DNA of 64,000 nucleotides, from the NCBI GenBank assembly GCA_036172245.1, contig JAYWIR010000023.1:2852001-2916000 (forward strand). The letters run 5' to 3'. The notes below the pieces were generated by a model. It did not search any database. It was not told where the DNA came from and saw only the letters and a list, made by a program, of their open reading frames with translations. Of this stretch, positions 13,252 through 26,760 are shown in pieces (positions within the stretch are counted from its first letter, which is position 1; the number at the start of each line of letters is the position of its first letter). The DNA is from Raillietiella orientalis. Its lineage: Eukaryota. A program made the position numbers and the translations under genes.

Positions 13252-16200
13252 CAGAGGACGTGAAAAGGGCATGAAGACAGGCACGAGGCTATGCAGCGAT
13301 CACCTACATGGGAGTCCCTTGAAACGGGACTCATTTCTGGAGTGCGCTCGGAGTGAATCGGAAGCAATCACTTCTCGCACCTTTGGGTCACAACCACTTC
13401 GACTGCACTCATGCGGCAATCTGAGTTATCCAGTTCCAAATCTTTGCCAGGTCTACTTCCCAGCGGCAGTGACGGCAATGCAGCAAAATACGGGTGGAGC
13501 ATGCTCCTGTCGTGAACCCTGAATTCCTTTAAACAGCCGTGCGTAGAACACGTGGGAGGAACAAACTCGCTAAACTTGTGTTTTGTTTTTCATCCAAAGT
13601 TGAAGATTTCATGCCATCTCTTCTTGCACCTTCCAATTTCACAGTGCCTTCTCACTTCTAGAGTCACTTCCAACCCGAAGCCTAAGTGTGGTTTGCAATG
13701 GCCATGATTTGTGCAGTGGGTGCCATCCAAACTCCAGTTATTCCTATGTGGTTAATAGGAAATGTGGCTAAAAGGATGGAAGGAGCATATTTCATATTTT
13801 CCCATCCCAGGATTCCTTGGAGGAGAGACCACAAAAAACGAATATCATCTAAAGCAGAAAGAAAATTCTCTAAGTAAGAAATGATTTTCGGAGTCTGAGC
13901 TATCACTTACAAGGAAGAGTTCCAAACTGGCAAACAAAGTAACTCGAATTTTCTTAAAGAGGTGCAAGAACAAAGATTCCATTAGGCCTGCTAATCCTAA
14001 GGTTACTGATGCAACTTGCCTGCAAGAGTGATATTTGTGTCTGAAATTCCATTAATCAAGATCCTGAAAATCAGTAGACATTAAAAATCCTGGAGAGTTT
14101 GATTCTTATGGGCCTTCCAGGAGCTTTTCAATACGAGAACCTCAGATGCAGGAAGAATCTAGATCAGGCTCCAATCTGGTAAGGAATTTTTTTTAATCAC
14201 GGCCTGGAATCGATGAAAGGAGTTTCCAGTTGGCTTTCTCTAAAGTCGCGTGTAATTCTATCGCGATTCTGGTCCTGCAGCTCCGTATGCGTGCAGACGA
14301 CAGCATTCCTCTTCTTGTAATAAAAAAGGAATACAATAAGTTTACACGATCTAATTTGCTTAAAACTCGTTTCCATCGCAATCAGCACAAAGAGACGAAG
14401 AATATTCAAGGGAAAAAGATCCAGCAAAGCACATTTTCGTTCTTCTGCTTTTATGTATTTTCAGGTACATGAAAAAGAATTCGCAAACCAGCGCGTCTGT
14501 TTTAGCCATGGGAGAGAGGAAAGTACAAATCCCTGAGGATTTCTTACCGAACACGACGGTCAATGTGCTCCACCGGCTCAGATGAAGGATGCAAATCATG
14601 CCCGGCTATCTTCGACGACACTGATTCACAATTTCTGGCAAAGATCCCACCAAAGGGCAGTATTTTTCACCACCATATCGCTGAAGTGTGGACGGGACTG
14701 CTGTTACTACAGATGTTATCATACCTCTCCTCCTGCCTATCCGGTGAAATCAGACAAAAGCAAGGATATAACAAAACTCTGGGAAGCGGACGCGAACAGA
14801 AACAAACGTAAACACGAAGAGCTTGAGGTTCTCTCTAAAAGGGAAGGAGCACAGCGTATCGCTGGAGCATCTTGCCGAGATCCTGAGCGCTCGCTGTGTT
14901 TTTATTGTTCCTTCCCTGTTGCTCTGATTCGTGTTTCCCAGGTGAGTTGGACGAGTTACGTTGCTCAAGTGAGCAGTCCCAGCGCTCATGCACATGCCGG
15001 AGGAGAAGGGCATGGATGGAATTTTCTGAGACAACTCGGTGAGTGAAAATCCCGAGTAGCTCAATCATCGGTTCGTCACCAACGTGTTCTCAAAAAAAAA
15101 AAAAAATCCTACTGTTGGGATTCTTCCCAGCCAAAGGAACAGCAGCATCCCAAGATGCTATCTGTTTCATCTTGAAACCTTTATATCTATCTATCTATGT
15201 ATATCTTCGGGTGTATCGAGAGTACACAGGATGTTTTATTAATACCAAGCTGTGTCAGATAACGAAGAAATCAAAAAAAAAAAGAAGATACGAGTAGACT
15301 GTGTCAAGGCACTTCCAGAAGGAACAGAAGATGCAAAATCAACAGAAGAATGAACTGTACTGAGATTGTTTCCCAAGCACCAGTTTCTAAAGTGCTGCTC
15401 ATTGCTTTGTCTTAATTACCTGCTCTCGAAATTCCAGGATCGAAATAGAGAAAACGGCAACTTTCAACAAGAGGAGAATTAGCTCCGTACATGAAAGATA
15501 CACGTGTACGATCAGATAAAATTTAAAAAAGAGCAAGAATAAGTACGCTCATTTATTATCGACCTTTTAATAAAATCGGGAAAGCATCTTCCTCTGTTAA
15601 CTGATAAACAACCCCAGCATTCCAGCGGGCGACAAAGTTCCATGTAAGAATCGGGGGCATTTTTAGATGTTCGTTGTCTAAGGTCACTCCCCATCCCTGA
15701 TGAGTGATTAGTCAACCTGTGGAAGGCGAACCTTGTTCCGCCGTCTCAACCCTTCTGGATGCTGACCTGGAAAACGTTCTACTATAAACACCAAGCAGCG
15801 TTATTTTCCTCGCCGTGTAAGAAAAGAAAAATTCGCCAAACCCAAGCCACACTTGCCAGCACTTGTTGCCAGATCTCTTATTCTCTTTCTTACTTTCACC
15901 GCTGTCTGAAGATTTTTGTGATTTGTCCCTCCCGAAGAGAGCTGCGGTTGCATGTGGGTCCTCGCTTTTGAGTGCACGCGTGCAAGTTGCGCGCCTCTTC
16001 GCGCGAGCTTCCAAGTGCGTGTCCCGAACACTTGCTCATCCTGCTACACTAGCTGCTCCCTATTTGTAACACGCTCCTCCTGTTGGTCCTTTGTTGATTT
16101 TCGTTCGCATCTTTCACCACTAATCTGTTTTTTCAAAATACCGTTGCTACTGAGGTTGAATATCATTTTGTTGAGGTTACGAGTTTGAAGGTTGTTTTCA

Positions 16201-19200
16201 GCGTGCGTGCTCTGCAGCTACAGATGAGATGCAAATCAGTTTCCAGCTCTGCTTATCATCCTCCTGAAAGCTTCAAACACGGTATAAAGAAAAGATGTCC
16301 TTTGCAGAAGTTGAGCATAATGGTCCCTGGAGATTTCCTACCCGAGATCTAGATAGTACCTATCTATTGAGGAGTTGGAGAAGAAAAACAACGGCCAGAG
16401 CAAAACAAAACAAAAACAGTGCATGTTCCATGAATGCACATTCGTGCAATTCAGAAACTGAAGGTAAATCGGCAGTGATTCCTCGGAGGAAGGGAAGTAC
16501 ATTTGGTAGTATTGGTGCTGGTTCTGGTGAAACAGAATTCCCGAGGGTCGTTCGAAAAAAAACTTGCAATCTCTAAGGTCAGACAGAGACATTCTTTTAT
16601 TGTAAGCAGCTGAAAGTATAAAATAGTGAGAAAACAAATTCGATTCTACAGTTGTGTGTCGTTTTTTTTTTTTTTTTTTGGGGGAAGCAGGTATTCAATA
16701 TTGGATTAGAAATGAAGAATTTTTCTATTGATGCATCCATATTGTGAAAATTGCATATCCATGAATTTGTAGATGTGTATCGATGATACAAAATAGATTT
16801 CTGTGTACCATTAAATTAAGCTTGCTGAAGGGATGAGAACTCTCGGGAGCACACGTAGCAGCTTCGAGTTGTGGTCCTTCTTGCCTTGCGAATGGGGAGC
16901 CCAAGAAAACCCTTGCGCATAGGTGGTGGTGGCTGGCAGGTGCATTTCATGCTGTCGTTCTTGGAAAGTGGCTACAAGAGTTCGAAAAAAAAAAAAAAAG
17001 ATTCCTCAGACATGTTCTTCCGAATTTCATATTCCGATGCGATTCGATAAAATTCCTCGTCGCAGCTCACCAATGCAGGGGATAGCCTAAACTGGGGTCA
17101 ATAAAGCAGAGCTGAAATGACCCACACTCGATGGAAGTTGGTAGATAAGTGGCGAAAGGCGATCGGTTTTTCGAATGCAAGGAGGACGAAATGCGCTCGC
17201 CATGTTTCCTCGCTTCGTAATTTCAGGTCATGCACGATAAGGCCTAAACTGTGGACGGTTGGCGTTAATAAAAACAAACACAAAAATGGCCACCGTAATT
17301 TATCACTCTGAAATCTACTATAACGCTAGATAATCAGAGGAAAAAGCCACGCTTTGGTTATAGCGCAGAATGGGAATGAATTGCCATGTTATCGCGATGG
17401 TATCAGCAATTCCATTCCCAGATAACAAAAATTTAGTATGCAAACAAGACAGACAAATTAACGAATAGGAACTTTTGGAACATTCTCCCTGGTACGGAAT
17501 TGGGAAGGATTCCAGCGTTGCCTTCATTGCTACGTGGATGTTTCGTGTTTAGTGGTTTCATCCGGATCTCTGGGAATCCCAAGATTTTTTTCTATTCCAA
17601 AGGGCGCGCTGGTTGCAGATTCTGCGACTCTATCGGAAAAAGAGTCGTTTCACAGGTTCTGAAAGTAGTAAAAAGCCGACCACAAGATTTCACCATCTAC
17701 TAATCTTCTTCACAAGAGTCCTGTTCTTTTCGTCTGTTGTTTTCACAATATCCTAGGAGATAAAGGTCCGACGAATCCGTTCATATTGTCCTCCTTTGCA
17801 CCTACGGGAAATGGAGAACATTCTCGTACCACCGAAACTAGCCAAACGGAAGGAGGATCATTCATCAAGGATTCTGCCTTGTTCTCCGCGGCGACTATCT
17901 GTTAAGAAAAACCAAGGCAACGATTCATCATTTTGAGCTCGCACGTATTTTGCACCTCAGCATCCCTGTGTTCTTTTTGTTTGACAAGAAAAAACTGCTC
18001 TTTCATCTGCTCACGTAGCTTCCGAATAGCTGTGGCTCACGGGAGGCCAACCACCACATGATGACGAAAAACAAATCGGAAGAGTAATGGAACCTGGTTT
18101 TCAGAGTATTCTTTTCTTGATGAAAGAATTAAAAGACAGAAGCAGAAGAAGGAAGGTCCTTGACATTAGACAAAAACCCTGGTCTGCTCTCTTTTCTATC
18201 CCTTCTTTCGTTTCATTTTCTAGCTGCTTTTAAAGAGTCAATCCAGTATGGTAATCCTGCTAAGTGTGACCAAAATGAAGATCGTCAAAAGTTCCGACTC
18301 ATCTGTGTGAGCATGAAACTTATCAGCTGTCACTTTGAAGTTGATCGAGAGTGGATCTTAGGTAGATGTTGAAGCAACTGGGCATCGAACGTATACGGTG
18401 TCCGATGCTTTACGCACATATAGTGTTCCACACTAATCACAAAGCGTTACGGAAGATTCCGAGTTATCGATATGACAAGAACCAAATTGGATCCAAAAGT
18501 GCGTGTTTCTCCGTGGGACTTTCGGCTTTTGAAATTCTCCAGTGGAAAAAGAGATGAGAAATTCGAAGATTCGAATCAGAACGCGCGTTCTTCTAAATGG
18601 CTCTGGGCTCAGTGAATGGACTGATCAGCGTTATACGGGTGGGACTACAGAACTGCTTTTGAGTGAGATTTGCTCTTGAAAACGCTCTAGCCATGCGTAC
18701 CTATCGGCGGTGCCCATAGGGAGTCTCTGTGAGTGAGCAAATATTGCAATGAGTTACTAGTCTTATAGATCTTGTCCCAGTTGTTCCCAACTCGCTCTAT
18801 AAGACGTATCAGCAGAAACGTCATCAGAACAAAAAAAAAAAAAAAAAACTGAAACCAGAAGATCTTGAACTGTGACTTTGCACAAGGCACGAAAGTGTTC
18901 AGAAATTTTCTTTTTCCCCTCGGAGCGAAAGCAGTGAGATCCGTTAGCTGACGTAATTTATTGAGTAGAAAGAAGCAGTAATTGAAACCCATTGAATCGT
19001 CCTGCATTTTGCTCCTTTTCAATTTCATGCTAAAGAACGCAGAAGGATTCCACTTGTTCCGAGTCGAAATGAGTGCGACCTTACCTGATGTTCATCAGCA
19101 TGATGGGTTGATGTCCTTGCACGTGGTGTATCAAGTACGGGAAAACAAAGTGCGTTTATGGGAGGGAATCCCTCTCCTAAATAATCAGGTTGAACCTCTC

Positions 19201-22200
19201 TAGTCACTGGGTAAGGTTGAGCAATGAGTCCGGAAGGTGCAAAAAGTGTTGATGAGTGATTAGAGTCGAGCTAGCATGTAGGAGTTCCATGGAAGCATGG
19301 GGAATGGTTCAAGGATGCTTTCCATACGAGCATTCATTACGAAATCCTGAAAACACCGGAAATACCCCGAGTTGTTCCGGAAATTTGGAATGATTAATAT
19401 TTTATCAATCTCCCATCTATTTTTTTTTTTTTTGCCTTTGCGAAGGCTTCTTCGAAAACTGGATCGCAGGAAACGGTCGTGTGTGTTTTGAATAGAGGAA
19501 AACAGTTGCATGGTACGATTTCGTAAAGAGAAACAACGCATGAAAGTCTGATGTGTTTGTGTTGCACTTTCATTCGGCATGAGGGGGGAAAAAAGAAAGA
19601 GAGAGAGAGACAGAGAAAAAAAAAGAGCATATCAAATTCAAAAACAATTGTGTGTGCTAAGCGGCTGTTTGAAGTGAAAAAAACACATATGAGAAGCGTT
19701 TCGAAAGTCTGTTAATAGATTAGGACAATTTCCCGTAATGTGAAGAGAGCATCTTTCATTGCACAACACTTTCGTCTTCCTCCTTTGGAGTGAGTTCGTG
19801 CTTTCAAAAGTCCACCGATTCAGCGATTCCATTAGACAGAAAGCATTCAAAACCAAAACTGGAAGGAAAAAAAAAAAAAATCTCTCCTGAATACAGGCAT
19901 TTTGTTTGCAGCACTCTCGACATCCTTGTGCAAAAGCAAAAACAATGTCTCATCTTCCAAATTTCCAAATAATTTAATTAACTGTCGTACAGGTATATAA
20001 AAATTACGTTCTGTTTTTGATGCAGCTACTTTATCTTGAAGCTTCTACGTGATTCCTTGATGGTTCCAGGTTCTCAAGAAATCACGTGGAAGCTTCCAAG
20101 TTATCAGTTCAAGAATCAGGGATCATCCTTATAGTCATTCACATTAGAAATGATTACAGTGTACAGTTTCATTCGATTCGTTTGGGATTTTTCAATTTGA
20201 AGTGTGTTCTGAAGCGTTAGAGCTAGCAGACAGACAGGGATACCCTCGACATCTTGGAATCACTTGCGGCTTTTCTACTTGAACTTTCGAATAGCTACAG
20301 AATCTTCAATGAACTGATGGAAGTCCAAGCATCACCAATGTGTCCAAGTGTTTGATAAATTGCATTTAAGAAATTTTCTATACCAGTGCTGGAAGCATCT
20401 TCTTACAAATGTTTGACAGAGCTTCAGCTCAAAGTTCTACTTTCATCAATGAACGTGGTGAGTGTGCGTTGGAAACTGTCGTCATTGCATTCCAGAAGTC
20501 TTCAAGATGAAAAGCGTTTGCTTGAGGACTTGTGAATCCGTAATAAATATAATTTGATAACGAACAATTACGTGTTTACGGCTAGTTACTCAAAATAGGA
20601 AATATGAACCCCCATTTCAGGAGGTGATATCCTTACCGTGAGCATAAGTAGATCAGAGTTCATATGAAAATCTAAGTACATAATATAGTTCAAATTACAG
20701 TTTATTTGACTCAGACTGGCTGCTTATACCAAGCATTCAGCCAAAGTGAATGAATTAACAGATACAATGTATACATTTATGCATATTATACACATGTTTC
20801 TGTACAACCTAGGTGTAAATCAACGTGCTCATGCTATTAATTCAAATAATATTCAAATGAGCATTTCTATCATAAATATGACGTCGAACCTTTTTTGAGA
20901 CGAAATATAGATTTGTATTTGTATACAGTGTAGGTATAGTGAGCATGCACATTGATTAGATTGGCCATTCATTGAGCAGCTAGTCTTTGACTTCCTTATT
21001 TAATTGATTCGTTTACAATATCATTTGCAAACTTCCATTTCTTTGTTCCATTCTTTTCTGGAAGGAAAACGATTTGAAATATATTTTTTTCGTATTTTCA
21101 GATGCTTTCTATGAATCTTTCCATTGCTTCCTATGCATTTCCTACGTTTTTTATGTACTTTCCTATATTGAGCACCACTTTATTCAACCAGTCACTTACT
21201 ACTATTTTCGTTCTGCAAGCAATCTGTGCGGTCTTCATGATTTTTCAGAGTTGCATACATATGAAAATTAATATATGAATTCGATCAATCTTTAGAACAT
21301 CTGCATATCCTTAAACCTTTTCTACAGTCTTTTAATTTTTTTAAGGCTATATCCGAATATGTACATGCCCACAAAGTAAAACTTCCACGTTAATTATCCG
21401 TTTCCCAATTCAGACGAATGTGGCTTTATTCAGAGAATTAATCAGTTATTACTCATTCAGATAAACTTTTAAATTCATTCCCTCTTTGCGTTATTTTAGC
21501 AATCATTTTCTTGTAAGAAAAGTTGCTGTTTGTAATTATAATGTGGTCCATGAGTGATTGTCAGGTATTTTCTACTGTGGCGAGTTCCACAAGCTGTTAA
21601 TAGTAGTTAATAAGATTGAATCATTTATTAATGCAAAGAAAGCTTAGAGCGCAGGAAATCAGTTTTTGCCTTTTCCGTTCCCCCAAATCGCATTTATTCT
21701 CGTTTTCTCAGAAAACAAACAAACACTCCTGGAAAAAATCACACAATCGAAACAAATCCACTGATTTATATACTTTTGTTTTTACTCTGTAGTTATTTGT
21801 GGGCATTTTAATACTGAAAACATGGCAGTAATAATTGGAGTATTTTTTTTTCTTTTCTTGCGATATTTTGAGATAGAAACTGATTGGGAGGTGTAGGAAA
21901 AAGAAAATCTCCAGGGACAGATTTCCTTCCAACACAGTTCGCTGATTTTTCAGCATTTTAGCGGCCTTCCTATTTTTAAACTTGTACATAAAATCATAAT
22001 CGTGCAGCGTTGCTACTTCATTCGAAAAAATCCTGTGTACACAGATAATTCCACTTTGCTGACAGCTGATTTTATTCCAGAAAAATGGAAGCACGTAGAA
22101 GCACGAACGAAAGCAAAACTGCCGCAGTACTCACTCTCATGACGAACGGCAAGCCTGCAGTTAGCATGGAAAAACATTCAAAATGGGTGCCGTTACGTCA

Positions 22201-24739
22201 TGGTTAACATTTGTTTTGCTTTGGTGCAATTTACGCAAGTAATTACCGTTGCCCAGTACGATCGGAATTTGACATAAGGCATGGAAATTGGGACTAAAAC
22301 TATCAATATTTTATTAATAGCAGTACTTTCGTCACTAATAAAATGTTAGGTCTGCAAATAAATTCTCCCCATCGATTCTGTTCGGTCTCACTACGTTCGA
22401 AGTCATATTCAGTTTTCGTGGAAAACAGGGAAACCAAGTTTGTTTTCTTTGATTCCGGAAAGGTGTGTCGGAATCTTCATCATTTGTTATTTACCGATTC
22501 GAGATGAACAACAACAAAAAAAAAAGATAGAAAGAAATTTTTATAAAGATTTCGCGGATATCAGACTTTCAGTTGGTACGTAACAAAAGTATTAGAAATG
22601 CTTGTAAATTGAAATTGATGATCGAGTAAGAAGGCTTATAAAATAGATGGAAAAACATGCTGTAAAAAGCGCATGATATAGTGGGAATGTATAGTGTTCA
22701 ATAAGTGTCCTAGACATTAAAACAGAACGACTGAGAATAAACACCAATTACTTCATGGTTTCATGAAAACGCAAACAAAAAAAAAGTTTGAAATGAGATT
22801 AAAAATTTCAACAAGTATAAAAGAATTTATGAATGCTATGCAATGTGTTACTGACCAAAAATGTTTATAACTTCGACATTGCAATACCTTCATCCTGACA
22901 ATTTCCTTAAAAACACATGCCGTCAAGTAGTGGCGAGAACAATGTAGAAAAAGACAGCATCCTGGATGACAACTTTCTTCCCTCTGAAGATTTTCGTCTC
23001 TCCGAATTCTGATCACCAGCGTTTCCATAAGCTGCCGCAGTTTTTCTGCGTCTTTGGCTACAAAAGAAAACCAAAATCCTACTTTCAATCATAATCAATC
23101 TTCAGTTATATGCATCCATGGCTTCCGACTGCTAAAGGTGAAAATAAACATCATCCTTGGGAACGATAATTCACCGAGGCATTTTAGAAGCACACTTGGT
23201 AGTCTGTGCCTCGTTGCGTGCGTAAAGGATGCGAACTGTTTCAACTTTAACCACACTTTTAAGGATATTCGACAAACCATGTAGACACTTTGCTCCAGTG
23301 CTCCAGCCATCGAAGATTCTTACCCTCTTATGTGTAGCAGATATCCTAAAGTTCAGCAACACTTTGTAATCAAGAATGCATGATGCATCACCTGGGATTC
23401 TTCAGAATCACCATGCAACTCACTGTTTATGCGTTTCTTGTTTCAAGGATTCTATTACAGACTGATGCGATGCTGCGAAGTTACTGTTTCATTTCCACTA
23501 TGATTTATTGAAGGTCCTGTCATTATTATTATTCTCTTCATGCCATTCTGAAGTTCTGATTTTCGAACAATGAGAGCACGCGAGGGCAAAACGTCAAATC
23601 TATCTGCTAATCTTTTAAAATTTGAAAAACACCAAGATAAAAGGACTCCTCGGAGCACTTCAGATCCACGTGGAATAAGAAACAACAAGGTCTCATTCTG
23701 GACTATGTGACTTGAATGAGGGATGGCAAATAATTGTGACGGTTGACGAATTTCACCAGCGCTTGCTTTGTGGTTTCCTGAAAGAAGACTTTTAAGTGAA
23801 GATGTTTCTTTCAAATTTGATATCCGTCATTTATGCTGCTTCCTTCCCTTTCCCACGAGAATGTGTACCTTTTGCTGCATCTAGATTACCCAATGTTTCT
23901 TTCATGTCCATGTTTAGCAACAGCGGTGTGATAGCTAAAACTGTTTTTGTGACGACAGATGCCAAACTGTGTCCATGACAAATATTTTGCAAGAGAAATC
24001 ATTTGAGGAAGGCTTCGCAACCTCCAAGTGGAAAAACTGAAGATCCAAATAAAAAGTGACATTCTTCGCCATGGCGCCAATCGTCACCAATCATCAACTA
24101 ACATGCAGACTATTCTGCTCATACTTTAGTCTGTACGTTAGGATGCTTCCTAATCCAACCATTCGTCTGAACCTGTACATGACCTTTGTGTTTTGGAAAA
24201 TCTTGCACTGATCCTGTTAACATCCATGCATTTCAATTCACTCCGCATTTCAAATGTTCAATTCATAGGATAATCAGTTATGTCAATTTCATCCCGGTCG
24301 CAGTAAGTCCAGATGAATGGAAGCTTGAGTTAATCAGACACAGTCCTGAGTCTCTATTGTCATCGAACCCAAAAGGAAACATTCGTCTTCCTCTTTTCAG
24401 TAGCTGCGCAATTGCCTCGAAGTGTAGAAGCCTTTTTAACTTGGTTTCCGCTGTCCGCTGGCATGCTACTCAAGCATTCTCACCAGTTCAGAGATTCATC
24501 TCTTTCCTCGTTCACTGTTACTATTTACTGGACCTTTTCACGATCCTAACCTGGACCACAATGCCAGCGGATGCACCTGAAGTCCAAGGAAGCGAGGATT
24601 ACGGAGGTATTCCGTCTCTGCATCGAGTTTTTTTGCCATTCGTAGAAGATGTTGGAAAAATGAGAGGAAATGGTGCATAAGTGGAGAACCTGCAGAGAGG
24701 AACCTTCCAGCTATCACTAAATAAATAGACATTCATGAA

Positions 24740-26760
24740 CTGACAATAGCAGCATGTGGTCATTCATTCTGCACCATCTGGAGGTAGACTTGCCTATATT
24801 TCTCCAATCTGAAAGATTTGCAACCATCAGGGTTTCCGAAAAGATCTGAGGAATGAGTTGTCTCTAAAAGTCCCTAATTCGATATTCATACGTTCGTTTC
24901 ATATACATTATTAGATGTACAAATTAAAAATAGAAAACCCCAGTGAAAAATAGATAGAGGAGGAAACGTTTCCGGATGACGATGACTGGCAGCCATTTTT
25001 GTATTCCACAGTTCCGTGGTGTCCCTTTAACAGCATTCGACCTCGAAACAGAATGTGTGTGCGCTGCATGGCTGCGAAATTATAACAACGTCTCATTCCT
25101 CAGGCAGAGAGAGGATGAGTTAATCTCCCGTTGTCAAATACAGCCTGTGGAAACCAGACAACTGTCAAAGCTGATGAAGGACAGATTGCAGTTCTTGTAC
25201 TTTGTATGATGCACTGCTGCTACTGCTGCTGCTGTTGTTTTTAAAGCAAAGGAAACAGAAATCTGTGGATGTTCCATGCAAAATTCTTGTGGCTGTATTA
25301 CTAACCACAGCCATCGGGATTTTCTGAATCCCTGAGGAAGACTTTTATTGTTTTCACTAAAACGAAAAATTGTCCTTTTCAAGGAAAAGGTGAGGGACGT
25401 AAGTAGATCCGTAAGTAGGATTGCTCTACTTGTTTAAGTACTTTAGGTACTTCAAGGAACTAATTTCATCACCCGCTTGCAAATTAGCGGCACTTCCGAC
25501 TCAAACTCAAAAGGACGTTTGCTATCGCTGGCAAAATCAACCATGCAAGCTGAGTGTTTGACAAGAAGATTCCCCACCTTCGGAAGATTTCTGCAAATTG
25601 CTGCCGGCACATTCCAAGCCTCGTGCTAAACAGAACTGCAATTGTCGATCCTGAAGCAAGGGATATCCTGAAGAGGCAGAAGAAAGGAATGTGGATGTAC
25701 AAAAGAAGATCCTTTCAAGTGCTGGAGCCTCCAGCAGAGATTCTTCGTGCAACAGGCATAAATCGCTCCATAAACACTTTTCACAATCGTTGGCAACGCA
25801 AAGAATGTAACGTTCAGGATTCCAGGGAGACCATCTCGATCTGCAGGCAGGTAGAGGCACCAAGAAAATGTGAAACGCTGCCTGACAAGAGTGAGTTTGC
25901 AAATCTCATAAAATTGAAAAGAGGTATTGGGGCCATCTGGATAATGAAGTTTAGGCACTGGATGCTAACGTCGGGAAGCTGGAGAGATGAAAAATACGGA
26001 TGAACTCGATCCTCTGCAATCCAAAAAATGCAGCTGTCCGGAGGCAAATAAGCCAGATTGCTCCCTCGCTTCTCCATAAGGACCGTAATGGCAGAAACGA
26101 CAGTCACCTTGCAACATCGACTGCGACCCTGCGTGCACAGTCACTTTCAGACCCTCTTCGCATCACTACCATAGCACGAATGCCTACCATACCATTCGCC
26201 GCCATAGTAGCTGGAATGCGTCCATCGCGCTGCCCGTCTTGAGCCGCCACCTCGAGCGTCTCATACCGCGGTTCTCCCACGAGACCCCAGTTTTTATGCT
26301 CCAGGCCAAAACCCTTTGAATGGAACCTCGGTTCTCCTTCAGAACACTCAAAGGAGAACTTGTTGCTGCTCACCGACTCTGGAGACTGTTCCGTGGTCTG
26401 ATGGCTGCAGGATGAAAAGGAGCAATCGAGTGTGGCAGGAAGAATAGAAGAAGAATCTTCTTTGCCCGTCCGATGATCAATTTGGATGCACCCCCTGATT
26501 CGCTCTTGCAGATCCAGTGAGATAAGTAATTTGGGGTGAGGCGATTTCCGCTTCTGGATGAACTTGCAGCTTGCCGTGCAGATCCCAACTGGACTCTGGA
26601 TGTGAGCCGCGAGGAGCTACCTCGTCTTTGTAAAGGGGGGTGGGAGCCATTAAGAATCACCGGAATGAAGATGAATGAAGAGGGGAAGAAGCTTTTCAGG
26701 AAGCACAGTGTCTGTAGGAGCTGCGCGGACAAGCACCAGAGCTCCTTCTCACCCCGTGTG
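24740..26760 (+). mobile_element. heavily decayed non-LTR retrotransposon (LINE) ORF2 relic, CR1/L2-like
   Basis: Collinear, frameshifted motif remnants: endonuclease-like QHV...VDL..FSN (~24750-24810), linker FDKKIPH...RDILKRQKKGMWMYK (~25557-25705), RT start (RP)IALPVLSRHLERLI (~26218-26265), QF..RP (~26290) and a YADD-position CADK (~26722). Spacing is plausible. Identified by eye only. Confidence 0.5.

Noticed and set aside
17117..17311. THAP-like fragments (KWRKAIG...KCARH; also CSGC...FHIFP near 13710)
   Set aside because: Too short, interrupted by stops and far apart.
20310..20400. Tigger/pogo-like remnant on the minus strand (NFLNAIYQTLGHIGDAWTSIS)
   Set aside because: A single weak motif, with no DDE residues or TIRs found.
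20801..20820. Brachyury-like palindromic T-site (TGTACAACCTAGGTGTAAAT)
   Set aside because: The left half-site is broken, and it lies in AT-rich relic DNA where a chance match is plausible.
22753..23362. Minus-strand exon-like ORFs (KDAEKLRQLMETLVIRIRRDENLQREE)
   Set aside because: No recognisable homology or coherent gene model.
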